This document shows positions 29,943 to 41,376 of a stretch of DNA of 64,000 nucleotides, piece by piece. The first letter of the stretch is position 1. Each line of letters starts with the position of its first letter. The translations under genes and the position numbers were made by a program. The stretch comes from Spirochaetales bacterium. GTDB lineage: Bacteria > Spirochaetota > JAAYUW01. The notes beneath the pieces are model-generated. The model made no database searches. It was not told the origin of the DNA and worked only from the letters and a program-made list of their open reading frames with translations. The stretch lies in contig JAAZOT010000012.1 of assembly GCA_012797605.1 (NCBI GenBank), positions 40,293 to 104,292 on the forward strand, given 5' to 3'.

Positions 29943-30602
29943 TCATAAAGTATTATATAAAAATATAACTTTCTGTAAATTTTCTGTATGAAAAAATGTA
30001 AGAAATTTCTCATACATAGATATTATATCATCAGTAAAATACTTATCATATCTTGTGTACCTTTGCCTTAAATCATAAAATCTTTCTTTGATTGAGACAA
30101 CTTTTTCATGCATAACATGCTTATCTGCTATATTTATTATAAAAGGTATCAAAGGAAGAGGTTTTTCAATCATTGAATTAATAAGATGAAGTCTGCAACT
30201 TACGGCTTCTATTTTAAAATTTTCTTTTAATAAGATAGTATAACCTATTTCTGAATGAGAGATCTGCGATTTTTTCTTAATTTCTACCGATTTGCCTATA
30301 TCGTGTAATAAAGAACTACTCAAAACAAATTCTGCTAAATCCCCTACACTTTTATTTTTGGTATATTTAGTAAAAACATCATAATACCTATTATTAGTTT
30401 TCAAATTCAGCAGTAAATATAAAGATATAATTGCAACAATCTTGCTATGATTCTTTATATTTTGAAGCATTTGATATTTATTCCAAAAATTTGAAAGCTC
30501 TCTTACTTTTTTGTAAAAAAGATCTTTATAAAATTCCTTATCTTTAACTTTTTCGAAAAGTATATTATAAATATTATTCAACTTAATTTCAAATTGATTC
30601 AT
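29943..30602 (-). CDS. HD/HDIG-domain phosphohydrolase
   Basis: SKIVAIISLYL...SSLLHDIGKS (H...HD motif) and a later RLHLIN. 219 aa. Confidence 0.65.
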   Translation of the reverse strand: MNQFEIKLNNIYNILFEKVKDKEFYKDLFYKKVRELSNFWNKYQMLQNIKNHSKIVAIISLYLLLNLKTNNRYYDVFTKYTKNKSVGDLAEFVLSSSLLHDIGKSVEIKKKSQISHSEIGYTILLKENFKIEAVSCRLHLINSMIEKPLPLIPFIINIADKHVMHEKVVSIKERFYDLRQRYTRYDKYFTDDIISMYEKFLTFFHTENLQKVIFLYNTL

Positions 30603-30684
30603 AGAAGTCTTTAGTTTATAAAACTTATATGTAGAATTTATATTTTTAATATTATTAATATTATTGATATTTCAAATATTTTAA

Positions 30685-31851
30685 TCATTTTAATAAAGAA
30701 GTTATCCAAGGTATCCCTATAAATGTACCTATTGAAGCTCCTATTGAAGTACCTAAAAAAACCACAAGAGCATGTAAAATCCTATTATTAAAATAACCTT
30801 TGAATCTTTGGATATCTTCTGTTAAATTTTCAAAGTCTGATACTCTTGGTTTTCTAAAAGTAGCTTCAATTATAGCAAGAAACATTCCAGCACCAACAGT
30901 AGGATTCAATGTGGTAATAGGTGCTACAATCCAGCTTGCAAGTATTGTAAGAGGATGAGAAAGTACAAGTATCGAAGAAATAAAACAACTTGCTCCAGAG
31001 ATTAAAACCCAGTATTTAAGCATTGAAAGTACAACCTTAGGACCTTTAATAAAAAAACCAGAAGCAAAAAGCCCTATTATGATTAATGTAATTATCCATC
31101 CAATTAAATTTGAATTATTTTTCTTTATAGGAACCTGCTCAATACTATAATCATATTCAAATCCAGATTCGATTTTATTAGCAATTCCTTCGAGATGACC
31201 TCTACCAACAACTGCCAATATTATCTTTCCTTCAGAACTAAGTATTTTATTTGCTATATATTCATCTCTTTCATCTATAAAAACTTTTTTTACCTCTGGA
31301 AGTTCCTTTGAAAATTCATTCATCATTGTTGAAAGTAAATCACCATCCTTTAATATATTTTGAATATCTTCTTCACTTAACTTTTCTTTTGTAAAAATAG
31401 ATTCTATTAAAACTTCCAATATTCTAATTTTATCTTTAAACTTAGATAAAGTCCAAGCTCTTTTTAATGTGACATTTACATCTCTATCGGCAAGAATTAG
31501 ATCTATATTTTTTTCTTTAGCGATATCAATAGCTTCTATCATTTCTGCACCAGGTGCAGATCCTAAATCAAGGCCTATCCTTTTTTGAAAAGATGATAAA
31601 ATCATTGTTGCAAGAAGTAAAAAACCTTTACCTTCTTTTATTACTTTTATGATGTCAAGATTTTCCCATCTATTCTTATCTTGAAGCGATGAATATCTTG
31701 AATTACATAGTTCAACAGCTATTTTATCTGGTTTATATTCATCAATTGCTTGTCTTACTTTTTCAACACTCTCTTTAATGACATGAGCAGTTCCAACAAG
31801 AATTATTTTTTTATCTTTAATTTCTATCACTTTTATATTATCATTATTCAT
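30685..31851 (-). CDS. TraB/PrgY-family protein with C-terminal TM domain
   Basis: IILVGTAHVIKESVEKVRQAIDEYKPDKIAVELCNSRY and AVVGRGHLEGI are the family hallmarks. Four C-terminal TM helices. Confidence 0.8.
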   Translation of the reverse strand: MNNDNIKVIEIKDKKIILVGTAHVIKESVEKVRQAIDEYKPDKIAVELCNSRYSSLQDKNRWENLDIIKVIKEGKGFLLLATMILSSFQKRIGLDLGSAPGAEMIEAIDIAKEKNIDLILADRDVNVTLKRAWTLSKFKDKIRILEVLIESIFTKEKLSEEDIQNILKDGDLLSTMMNEFSKELPEVKKVFIDERDEYIANKILSSEGKIILAVVGRGHLEGIANKIESGFEYDYSIEQVPIKKNNSNLIGWIITLIIIGLFASGFFIKGPKVVLSMLKYWVLISGASCFISSILVLSHPLTILASWIVAPITTLNPTVGAGMFLAIIEATFRKPRVSDFENLTEDIQRFKGYFNNRILHALVVFLGTSIGASIGTFIGIPWITSLLK

Positions 31852-31879
31852 AGAATTATCCTTTACTTATCATTTTTTC

Positions 31880-33552
<1,673 letters not shown>

Positions 33553-33572
33553 ATTTTTTCCTTTTTTTTAAT

Positions 33573-35021
33573 CTAATTTTTTGAGTTATCCAATTTTATT
33601 TGATCTATTTTTTTCTTCAGTAATTCTTTAACTTTATCTATCTTCCCTGCTCCTTTTAATTCTCGCATGACCTGTCCTACTAAAAACATAAATACAGATT
33701 CTTTCCCTTCAAGATACTTTTTTAATGCATCATCCTTTTGCTCTGTTAAAACTTTATCTATGGCTGAATATATAGAACTATCATCTGAAATTATTCTTGA
33801 ACTTTCAATAAATTTATCAATTTCTATTTTTGATTCAATTATTTCAATAATATTATCCTTAAAAGCCTTTTCAGATATTTTATTTTCTGTTATAAGCTTT
33901 ATTAAATTACCTAAATCTTCTGGTTGAAGATTAATATCTTTTATTGGTATCTGTTTTTGATTTAAGTAACTAAATATTTCGGTAACAATTATATTAGCTG
34001 TTTTAGTTGGTTGATTGGATATCTTTGTTGCTCTCTCAAAAAATTTAGCAACTTCCTTATCTGAAGTTAATAAATCTGCAAGGTAATAATTTAAGTTATA
34101 ATCTTTCATGAATCTAATTAACATTTCTTCTGCTCTTTCAGTTAAACTATTTTTGATTTCATCTAACTCTTCTAAAGTGATTTCAATATCTGGTATATCT
34201 GGTTCTCTAAAATATCTATAGTCAGCTGCTAGTTCTTTTGTTCTCATTGTCTCAGTCTTATTTGTTTCAGTGTTAAATAGTCTTGTTTCAGTTACTATTT
34301 TTTCATCCTTACTTAAAAGTTCTGATTGTCTTGATATTTCATATTCTATTGATCTTTTAATGGCATTAAATGAATTTAAATTTTTAACCTCAACCTTATG
34401 TGATAACCCTGAATCCTGTTTATTTACAGAGATATTTATATCACACCTCATAGAACCAGATTCTAAGGAACAATCTGAAATATCTAAAAATTCTAATGTT
34501 CTTTTCAACATTTTTAAATAATTTATAGCCTCATTTGCATTTTCTATTTCTGGTTTTGAAACTATTTCAAGAAGAGGTACCCCTGCTCTATTGTAATCTA
34601 TAAATGTAACCTTATTCACAAAATCATGAAGCATCTTAGCAGTATCTTCTTCCATATGTATTCTTTCTATTCCGATTTTTTTAGGCTTGCCTTCTTCATT
34701 AAAGATTGTTAAATATCCATTTTGTCCAATAGGAGTCTCATATTGGGTAATCTGATACCCTTTAGGTAAATCTGGATAGAAGTAGTTTTTCCTATCAAAA
34801 TGAAATACTCTTTTTATATCACAATGAAAAGCGATGGATGCTAAAGCAGCTTTATAAACCATTTCCTTATTTAATGAAGGTAAAGTTCCTGGTTCTCCTA
34901 TACATATTGGACAAATCTGACTATTTGGTTCAATACTTAAACTGTTTGGACAACTACAAAATGCCTTTGTCTTTGTTTTTAACTGAATATGAACTTCTAT
35001 ACCAATAACTACTCGAAACAT
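33573..35021 (-). CDS. gatB: Asp-tRNA(Asn)/Glu-tRNA(Gln) amidotransferase subunit B
   Basis: VIGIEVHIQLKTKTKAFCSC, CPICIGEPGTLP, FDRKNYFYPDLPKGYQITQ, ERIHMEEDTAK, DYNRAGVPLLEIV and a YqeY-like C-terminal tail. Confidence 0.95.
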   Translation of the reverse strand: MFRVVIGIEVHIQLKTKTKAFCSCPNSLSIEPNSQICPICIGEPGTLPSLNKEMVYKAALASIAFHCDIKRVFHFDRKNYFYPDLPKGYQITQYETPIGQNGYLTIFNEEGKPKKIGIERIHMEEDTAKMLHDFVNKVTFIDYNRAGVPLLEIVSKPEIENANEAINYLKMLKRTLEFLDISDCSLESGSMRCDINISVNKQDSGLSHKVEVKNLNSFNAIKRSIEYEISRQSELLSKDEKIVTETRLFNTETNKTETMRTKELAADYRYFREPDIPDIEITLEELDEIKNSLTERAEEMLIRFMKDYNLNYYLADLLTSDKEVAKFFERATKISNQPTKTANIIVTEIFSYLNQKQIPIKDINLQPEDLGNLIKLITENKISEKAFKDNIIEIIESKIEIDKFIESSRIISDDSSIYSAIDKVLTEQKDDALKKYLEGKESVFMFLVGQVMRELKGAGKIDKVKELLKKKIDQIKLDNSKN

Positions 35022-35040
35022 TTTAAGTCCTTTTTGAAAT

Positions 35041-35847
35041 TTATGAATTCATTCGTTTTATATTATTTACTGAAAAATCTAAAAGTTCTTCTTTTGTTCT
35101 ATAACCTTTATTATAGAATAAGGCATAAAGAGCTATTTCAGCCTGCAAAATCCTTTTTGTCACTTCTCTGATCTTTTCTATTTTAGAAATATCCATATAT
35201 AGAAATTTTGTATTAATAAATTCAAAATTCTTATCGAATTTATCTATTAAATGATATGCGGACTCTGGTGTGATCTTGCCACCAATTGATATTTTAGCAT
35301 TAGGAAAGTTTGATTTAATAAAATGGATAATACTCTCTATCATTTTATCAACTTCAACAGAGTTAACATCGACTTTCATAGAGCCAGATAAATCTGATCT
35401 ACCTATTGTAAAAGAGGTGAAATAGCTTAGTAAGTCTTTTACAATTGGTAAGTTATTTACAATAGTTATTGTTTCAATATTTAAAGCTAAAATAGGTTTA
35501 TAATCTTTATAAGGATTTTTCTCGATATTTTCAATGAAATTTTCTATTGCATATCTAGACTCTGCCATAGGGAGCGTAATAACATCTACATTATTTTTCA
35601 ATGCTTGTCTTATATCATTTTTCGCGCCACTACCACCAATTTTAAATCTTAATTTTTTATTAAAGTTATTCTTTACAAATTGCAACTCCTCAAAAGAGTT
35701 ATCTTCTACCTCAGAACCAAGTTTTATAGACTCACACCATGGATTTGATATCACAGAGTTAAAAAATTCTAAGATCTCTTCAAATTTGATTTGATTGTCA
35801 ACAATATTTTGAATATCTTCTATTTTTTCAAATTTACTATGGTGCAT
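35041..35847 (-). CDS. HpcH/HpaI-aldolase / PEP-utilising TIM-barrel-like protein (function unknown)
   Basis: The pattern VDVITLPMAESRYAIENF ... ILALNIETITIVNNLPIV ... FTIGRSDLSGSM resembles the (PMVES / IET..A / G..DL) blocks of that superfamily. This is a weak call made by eye. It overlaps the mutS2 3' end by 28 nt. Confidence 0.45.
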   Translation of the reverse strand: MHHSKFEKIEDIQNIVDNQIKFEEILEFFNSVISNPWCESIKLGSEVEDNSFEELQFVKNNFNKKLRFKIGGSGAKNDIRQALKNNVDVITLPMAESRYAIENFIENIEKNPYKDYKPILALNIETITIVNNLPIVKDLLSYFTSFTIGRSDLSGSMKVDVNSVEVDKMIESIIHFIKSNFPNAKISIGGKITPESAYHLIDKFDKNFEFINTKFLYMDISKIEKIREVTKRILQAEIALYALFYNKGYRTKEELLDFSVNNIKRMNS

Positions 35848-38147
35848 CCTGCACCTCCTTCTGATAAACTTGCATAATTATATGAAGCTATGATTTTTTT
35901 CTTAGTTTTTAGGTATTCATGCACAAAATTTGAAAGCTTTCCAGTTCCTTTACCATGAATTATATATATCTTCTCATAATTGAGATTAATGATTTCACTA
36001 AAATAAAAATCAAGTTCTATTTTGGCCTCTTCAATAGTTTTACCTCTTAAATCTAGAGTTGAAGGCAGATTTTTAGAAGGAATAAATGTAGAACCTGAAT
36101 AGGTTTTATTATTTTTCTCATCTAGTTTTTGTAGTTGAGATATTGGTACTTCAAAGATGAATGAATCTGCTTGTATTTGCGCTTTATCTTTATTTATATT
36201 TATTATTTTTCCTTTCTTACCAAAAATACCTGCTTTGACTGTATCACCAATTTGAAATTTTTCTATCTCTTTTCTCTCTAATTCTATTGCCTCTTCTTTA
36301 TGTTTTTGAAGATCTTCGATTATTTCTTTTTCTTTTTCATTGATAATATTAATTATTTCCTTTGTTTTCTCTTTTGAATAACCATCTTTTTTTAATCTAG
36401 AAATCTCGAATTCAACATCTTTTTTCATCTGCTGAAATTTAAGATTTGTTTCAGTAAGTATCTGCTTCTCTATCTCTTTTGCACTTTTATTATATTTTTT
36501 TCTAATCTTCTCCAATTCATTTTCTTTACTAATTAAATCAGCCTCTATTTTCTCTAATTTTTCTGTTTCTTCTTTATATTTTAATACTAAATCAGTAAGT
36601 TGTCTTGCTATAGAGTAATTTTCTTCATCAATTTTAGCTAGATTTTTTGCTTTATTAATTATGAAATCTGGAATACCAAGTCTTGAAGCTATTTCAAAGG
36701 CATAAGAATATCCTGGAAGATCAACCATTAGAATATACTTAGGAAGCATTAAATTTTCATCAAAAAGCATTGATGAAATTATTATAGATGGATTTTCAAT
36801 AGCATATTTCTTAACAAGATCAAAGTGAGAAGTAACTATTCCATAAGCACCTTTACTAATAAGATAATCGATTACTGAAACTGCAAAAGCTTCTCCTTCC
36901 AAAGGAGAAGTCGCTGTTCCAAGTTCATCTATTAAGATTAAAGTATTCTCAGATGCTTTTTCTATTATCTGTTTTATCTCCAAAATATGTGATGAAAATG
37001 TAGATAATGATTGTTCTATAGATTGCATATCCCCTATATCTATAAGTATATCTTCAACTAATGGAAGAGAAGAACCAGATGAAACAGGTATAAAAAAACC
37101 AGCTTGAAAAAGCATCTGTATTAAGCCTATGGCTTTTAAAGTAACAGATTTCCCACCAGCATTAGGACCAGTAATAACTACAAATTTTTTATCTTTACCA
37201 AATTCTATATTATTTTTAACAGGATTCTCAAGAAGAGGATGGTAAAAATTATTTAATTTAAAAATTTTTTCCCCAGATATCTCGACTTTCGAATATCCTT
37301 TTTCAAAAGCTAATGAGGCTTTGGCATTTATGAAATCAAGATCTGAAAGTATAATTATAAAATTACTAATGTTATCCAAAATACTTAAATAAATTTCATT
37401 GATTTTGTATAATATCCTTGCGATCTCCTGTTCCTCTTCTGCTCTAAGTTGATATAAAGTATTATTTAACTCAATTATTTCTAAAGGTTCTATCAAAATA
37501 GTCTTACCAGAATCTGAAAAACCAAAAGCAATTCCATTAACACTATTTTTCTTGCTTAATTTTACTGGTAAAAGATACCTATCTTCTTTTAGTATATAAT
37601 TTTCCGAAACAAGATAATCCTTATATTTATTAGCAATATTTGAAGTTAATTCGAGAAATTCTTGTTCTGTTTTTTTTATTTTTTTCCTTATTGAATAAAG
37701 TGTTGGGCTTGCATCATCTGAAATTTCCCCATTTTCTGTAAATATTGGTTTTATTGATTTTACTTGCTCTTTGAAATCATAGTTTATTTGAAATTTTTTT
37801 GAAAAAGATGGACTTTCTATTTTTCTAATTGAGTCTATTAAAATATCTCCATTTTTTATAAAGTTAAATACATTAAATGAAGATTCTATATCTAAAACAA
37901 TTCCTCTTTTTAAGTTTTCAATATCTTTTCTAATATCATTAAAACCTCCCAAAGGTAAAGAATTACCAGCTCTCAGGTAATAAAGAACTTCCTCTATAAG
38001 ATCAAATTCAAATTGTAATTTCTCTTTTTCATAGAAGAATTCTAATATTTCAAATTTCTCTTTACCATAAATTGTTTTGCATTTCTTTTGATAATAGGAT
38101 ATTATTGAGTTAAATTCTAGTTTATCTTTTGATTTATTATTTATCAT
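35820..38147 (-). CDS. mutS2: Endonuclease MutS2 (MutS domain + C-terminal Smr)
   Basis: VVITGPNAGGKSVTLKAIGL (Walker A), LILIDELGTATSPLEGEA, a long coiled K/E region, and a C-terminal Smr domain LDLRGKTIEEA...YIIHGKGTGKL. Confidence 0.93.
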   Translation of the reverse strand: MINNKSKDKLEFNSIISYYQKKCKTIYGKEKFEILEFFYEKEKLQFEFDLIEEVLYYLRAGNSLPLGGFNDIRKDIENLKRGIVLDIESSFNVFNFIKNGDILIDSIRKIESPSFSKKFQINYDFKEQVKSIKPIFTENGEISDDASPTLYSIRKKIKKTEQEFLELTSNIANKYKDYLVSENYILKEDRYLLPVKLSKKNSVNGIAFGFSDSGKTILIEPLEIIELNNTLYQLRAEEEQEIARILYKINEIYLSILDNISNFIIILSDLDFINAKASLAFEKGYSKVEISGEKIFKLNNFYHPLLENPVKNNIEFGKDKKFVVITGPNAGGKSVTLKAIGLIQMLFQAGFFIPVSSGSSLPLVEDILIDIGDMQSIEQSLSTFSSHILEIKQIIEKASENTLILIDELGTATSPLEGEAFAVSVIDYLISKGAYGIVTSHFDLVKKYAIENPSIIISSMLFDENLMLPKYILMVDLPGYSYAFEIASRLGIPDFIINKAKNLAKIDEENYSIARQLTDLVLKYKEETEKLEKIEADLISKENELEKIRKKYNKSAKEIEKQILTETNLKFQQMKKDVEFEISRLKKDGYSKEKTKEIINIINEKEKEIIEDLQKHKEEAIELERKEIEKFQIGDTVKAGIFGKKGKIININKDKAQIQADSFIFEVPISQLQKLDEKNNKTYSGSTFIPSKNLPSTLDLRGKTIEEAKIELDFYFSEIINLNYEKIYIIHGKGTGKLSNFVHEYLKTKKKIIASYNYASLSEGGAGCTIVNLKK

Positions 38148-38247
38148 TTAATTACTTACTTATAACTCTCAATTTTTTAATCTGATTGGTTGTATACAAA
38201 ATTATATATTATATCCCAAATTATATATTTGTTAAAAGTCTTACATA

Positions 38248-38760
38248 CTATTTTAAATTTTTCTTATTTATAAAATTTCCTATAATTCTTAAATCTGCGA
38301 GATATTTTTCATAAAATTTATAGCTAAAAGATGATTCTACTAGATTATTTAATGCTTTGAATTCGATATTTTTAATAAATAAGTCAAATATCAATAAAAT
38401 AATGATGGTTACAATGAATCCTAGAATCAATCCCAGAATAAATCCTAAGAATCTATCGATAGATTCAAAATTAGATCTATCAATTTCGTTATCTAGAAGT
38501 CTTTTTATTGGATTGGTGAGTAAAAGCAATAAAAGGTAAAATGCGATAAATGTGACAATTATTGACAAAATTTTTGAAAAAGAAATTCCAATCCCTTTTT
38601 CGATAAGAAATTGGTTGAGATATGGCGAAAGCACAATTGTTAAAAGGATAGAAAGAATCAATGTCAAAATACCAATAATTTCTTGAATAAAACCTTTTAG
38701 CAAAGATTTTATCCCAAAAACAATAATAACAATAATTAAAAACCAATCAAAATAATTCAT
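38248..38760 (-). CDS. cvpA: CvpA-family membrane protein
   Basis: MNYFDWFLIIVIIVFGIKSLLKGFIQEI is the typical CvpA N-terminus. Four TM helices. The mutS2-adjacent location is common. Confidence 0.8.
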   Translation of the reverse strand: MNYFDWFLIIVIIVFGIKSLLKGFIQEIIGILTLILSILLTIVLSPYLNQFLIEKGIGISFSKILSIIVTFIAFYLLLLLLTNPIKRLLDNEIDRSNFESIDRFLGFILGLILGFIVTIIILLIFDLFIKNIEFKALNNLVESSFSYKFYEKYLADLRIIGNFINKKNLK

Positions 38761-38865
38761 CTTTTACTCTTTTTTAGTTTATTATATTTAAAAATTACCC
38801 TTCATTGAATTATAATATACCTTTTTAATATTTGCACCTTTTTTGATATAAATATCTTATCTAAT

Positions 38866-39714
38866 TTATATCTTATTTAACAAAATATCTATAAATGAAT
38901 TTTCAGAAGCATCAAGATAATCTTCTATCTTTTCTCCAAAACTTGCAAATGATATTGGTAATTTTAACAAATTGCATATACTAAAAATTGCTCCTCCTTT
39001 TGCAGTAGAATCAAGTTTAGTAATACCAATGCTATCTATATTAATTATTTTTTTGAAAATTTCTGCTTGATTAAAAGAATTTTTCCCTAAGTTTGCATCT
39101 ATCACTAATGTTGAATGATAGTTTATTTTATCTAAATATTGAGTTTTTTTCTTATCAATTACTTTAACTATTTTATTAAGTTGTTGCATCAACTCTTCTT
39201 TGTTTTGTAATCTTCCTGCGGTATCTATAATAAGTAAATTATATTTTTTCTCATTACTCATAGCTTTATCGATAGAATCATATACAACAGCAGCGGGATC
39301 AGCACCTTGTTTTTGTTTTATAATTTCTATATTTAATTTATCTGCCCAATGAGTAAGTTGCTCTATCGCAGCAGCTCTAAAAGTATCTGCAGCAGCAATT
39401 ATTGGTGAAAATCCTCTATTTTTATAAAAATTTGCAATTTTAGAAATAGCCGTGGTTTTACCAACCCCATTGACTCCTACAATATTTAATATATTTAATT
39501 TACTATTTTCAAAAGTAAATTTTTGAACTAATAGATATTCTTTTAATATATCTTTAATTTTAATGCTTCTTTCATCCTTAGTAAATTTTTTAAGTTTCTC
39601 TATTATTTCTTTTGTTAAACTGTATTCAAAATCAGACAATAAGAGATTTTTTTCAAAGAGGTTAATATCCTCATTTTTAGAAAATAGTTCTTTTAACCTT
39701 GAAAATAGATTCAC
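38866..39714 (-). CDS. ftsY: Signal-recognition-particle receptor FtsY (NG domain only)
   Basis: IVGVNGVGKTTAISKIA (G1), AADTFRAAAIEQL, IIDTAGRLQNK (G3) and ITKLDSTAKGGA (G4/TKLD). Confidence 0.92.
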   Translation of the reverse strand: MNLFSRLKELFSKNEDINLFEKNLLLSDFEYSLTKEIIEKLKKFTKDERSIKIKDILKEYLLVQKFTFENSKLNILNIVGVNGVGKTTAISKIANFYKNRGFSPIIAAADTFRAAAIEQLTHWADKLNIEIIKQKQGADPAAVVYDSIDKAMSNEKKYNLLIIDTAGRLQNKEELMQQLNKIVKVIDKKKTQYLDKINYHSTLVIDANLGKNSFNQAEIFKKIINIDSIGITKLDSTAKGGAIFSICNLLKLPISFASFGEKIEDYLDASENSFIDILLNKI

Positions 39715-39773
39715 TTTTTCCTCTTTAACTTGTTTTTCAACTTCGAATTTATCTTAGATTATTATTTTTTCAA

Positions 39774-39814
39774 TAAAAAAAGGCTATCCCCGTTTTAGGG
39801 ATAGCCTTTTTTTA
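39774..39814 (-). terminator. Rho-independent terminator downstream of flaA (symmetric A-run / T-run flanks)
   Basis: Perfect 10-bp stem aggctatccc (39781-39790) / gggatagcct (39798-39807) with loop cgtttta. Flanked by AAAAAAAA upstream and TTTTTTT downstream. Begins 12 nt after the flaA stop on the minus strand. The GC-rich stem stands out in this AT-rich DNA. Confidence 0.8.
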
Positions 39815-39825
39815 TTGATTACAAA

Positions 39826-40779
39826 TTATTTTTTGGGTTGATCAGTAGCTGATTCTGTAGCCATCTTCTGTTGTTCTTCCCATCTTAATAACTGGATAAT
39901 ACCAACTCTTGCTGCTTCTGCTCTCTTTTTAGCTTCTCTTCTATCGGAAAGGATATGCCAAACAGCTTCATCATCAATTTCCTGTTCCATCTTGAGGATT
40001 GCTAGATCATAAATCATTTCTATTGATTTAATATAAATTACGAAGTCACCACCAATCTGATCTCCATGTCTATAAATAATGAATGAATCAAGTTTAATAT
40101 ATGGTTCTTCAACAGGATATAGAGGATATTTTTTAAGCATTCTTTTTCTTACATCAGAGATATAATTTGGATTATCTATTGTAATAGTTATGAAACCTGT
40201 AAAATCAAGATAACCCACAAAGAAATCAATTATTTCATCATTCTGGTTTTTAAGTCTTATTGTAAGAGAATGTGGGAAATTTAAACCTCTAACAGTAACC
40301 ATAATGTTTTTGATTGCACCAACATTTCTTAGAACACCTTTTCCAATGTATTTATTACCTATAGTGTCATTAGCATCAGCAGGTTCATAAGAAGGGATTT
40401 CATAAGGAGGTATTATCTTAGCCCAAGAATTATACTTTTCTGTTGGGAAATGAATTCTAGCACCTAAAACTATTTGACCAGCGTATTGACCTCTGTCAAC
40501 TTTTACGGTTTTAACGATTGAAAGAGAAAGGTTTTCAATAGTTCTAGATGAAGGGGATAATACTACTTCCCAGTTTTTAGGCTCGAGACTGATAAGTAAA
40601 TTTTTTCTTTCCTCTTCTGTTTTTACAGATTGAAATACATTTGGACCTGCAATCTTAACGATATCTAATTCAGTGTTGGCTAGGTTGTTAAAGTCAATAA
40701 GAATATTTCTTTCTGCAAGAACAGGAGTTGCGAATAGAAAAATAAGGAATATTGAAAAAATTAAATTCCATCGTTTCAT
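39826..40779 (-). CDS. flaA: Flagellar filament outer-layer (sheath) protein FlaA
   Basis: Signal peptide (FLFATPVLA), ILIDFNNL, NWEVVLSPSSRT, VLGARIHFPT, GKGVLRNVGAIK, NPNYISDVR, YPLYP, GGDFVIYIKSIEMIYD and IDDEAVW...REAKKRAEAARVG...EEQQKMA follow, block for block, the treponemal and brachyspiral FlaA sequences I recall. Confidence 0.9.
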   Translation of the reverse strand: MKRWNLIFSIFLIFLFATPVLAERNILIDFNNLANTELDIVKIAGPNVFQSVKTEEERKNLLISLEPKNWEVVLSPSSRTIENLSLSIVKTVKVDRGQYAGQIVLGARIHFPTEKYNSWAKIIPPYEIPSYEPADANDTIGNKYIGKGVLRNVGAIKNIMVTVRGLNFPHSLTIRLKNQNDEIIDFFVGYLDFTGFITITIDNPNYISDVRKRMLKKYPLYPVEEPYIKLDSFIIYRHGDQIGGDFVIYIKSIEMIYDLAILKMEQEIDDEAVWHILSDRREAKKRAEAARVGIIQLLRWEEQQKMATESATDQPKK

Positions 40780-40806
40780 TTTTCAGCTCCTTTTTGTTTA
40801 ATCATA

Positions 40807-40835
40807 ATATCGGAAATCCCCACCCTAAAAATTAA
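40807..40835 (-). promoter_or_regulatory. Candidate flaA promoter (sigma28-like TCCGATAT -10, or overlapping sigma70-like TATTAT)
   Basis: The minus strand reads ...TGTTTAATTTTTAGGGTGGGGATTTCCGATATTATGATTAAACAAAAAGGAGCTGAAAAATG. CCGATA is the core of the FliA -10 consensus GCCGATAA, with TAAT 16 nt upstream. The overlapping TATTAT could serve sigma70. AAGGAG RBS. No experimental support. Confidence 0.3.
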
Positions 40836-40902
40836 ACATTTTTGCATGTATTATTTATAAAACATATATTATTTTTTTCAAATATTTGATTTTATCTTTT
40901 TT

Positions 40903-41376
40903 TCAATCTAAAAGATCATAAGAATAAATCTTAATTTTATTGTATATGAAAAATTCAACTCTTTTAATCTTTTTAAATAATCTATTGTTTTTTAATGAAT
41001 AGATCGTAACTTCTGAAATTCTCTTTTTTATTTCTTCTGAATAACTTTGAAATATACTGCTACAATCATTAGATAAAATGATTTTGCAAACATTATCTAT
41101 ATAATAAACATTATCAATATCAAGTTGTTGAAAATAGTCCTTCTTGAATTTCTTTACATCTATAGGACCTGAAAAATAAAATCTTACAAGTTCTAATCTA
41201 TCATATTTAGAAGGTAATATTTGTCTTTCCGATTTTATGGATAAATCTGATGTTAAATAAAAAAACTTGGCTTTTTCATTACTAAAACTTTTAGCTAAGA
41301 AAGCGAAAAAAAGAAAGAGTATAATAATTAAAAGAGTAAAATAAAAAAACTTATTGTATCTTTTTAAATCCTTCAC
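40903..41376 (-). CDS. Hypothetical membrane-anchored protein (possibly GerM-like, downstream of the amidase)
   Basis: N-terminal TM (FYFTLLIIILFLFFAFLA). 157 aa. Overlaps the amidase 3' end by 26 nt. The GerM-like guess rests only on size, context and a vague LVRFYFSGP pattern. Confidence 0.4.
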   Translation of the reverse strand: MKDLKRYNKFFYFTLLIIILFLFFAFLAKSFSNEKAKFFYLTSDLSIKSERQILPSKYDRLELVRFYFSGPIDVKKFKKDYFQQLDIDNVYYIDNVCKIILSNDCSSIFQSYSEEIKKRISEVTIYSLKNNRLFKKIKRVEFFIYNKIKIYSYDLLD

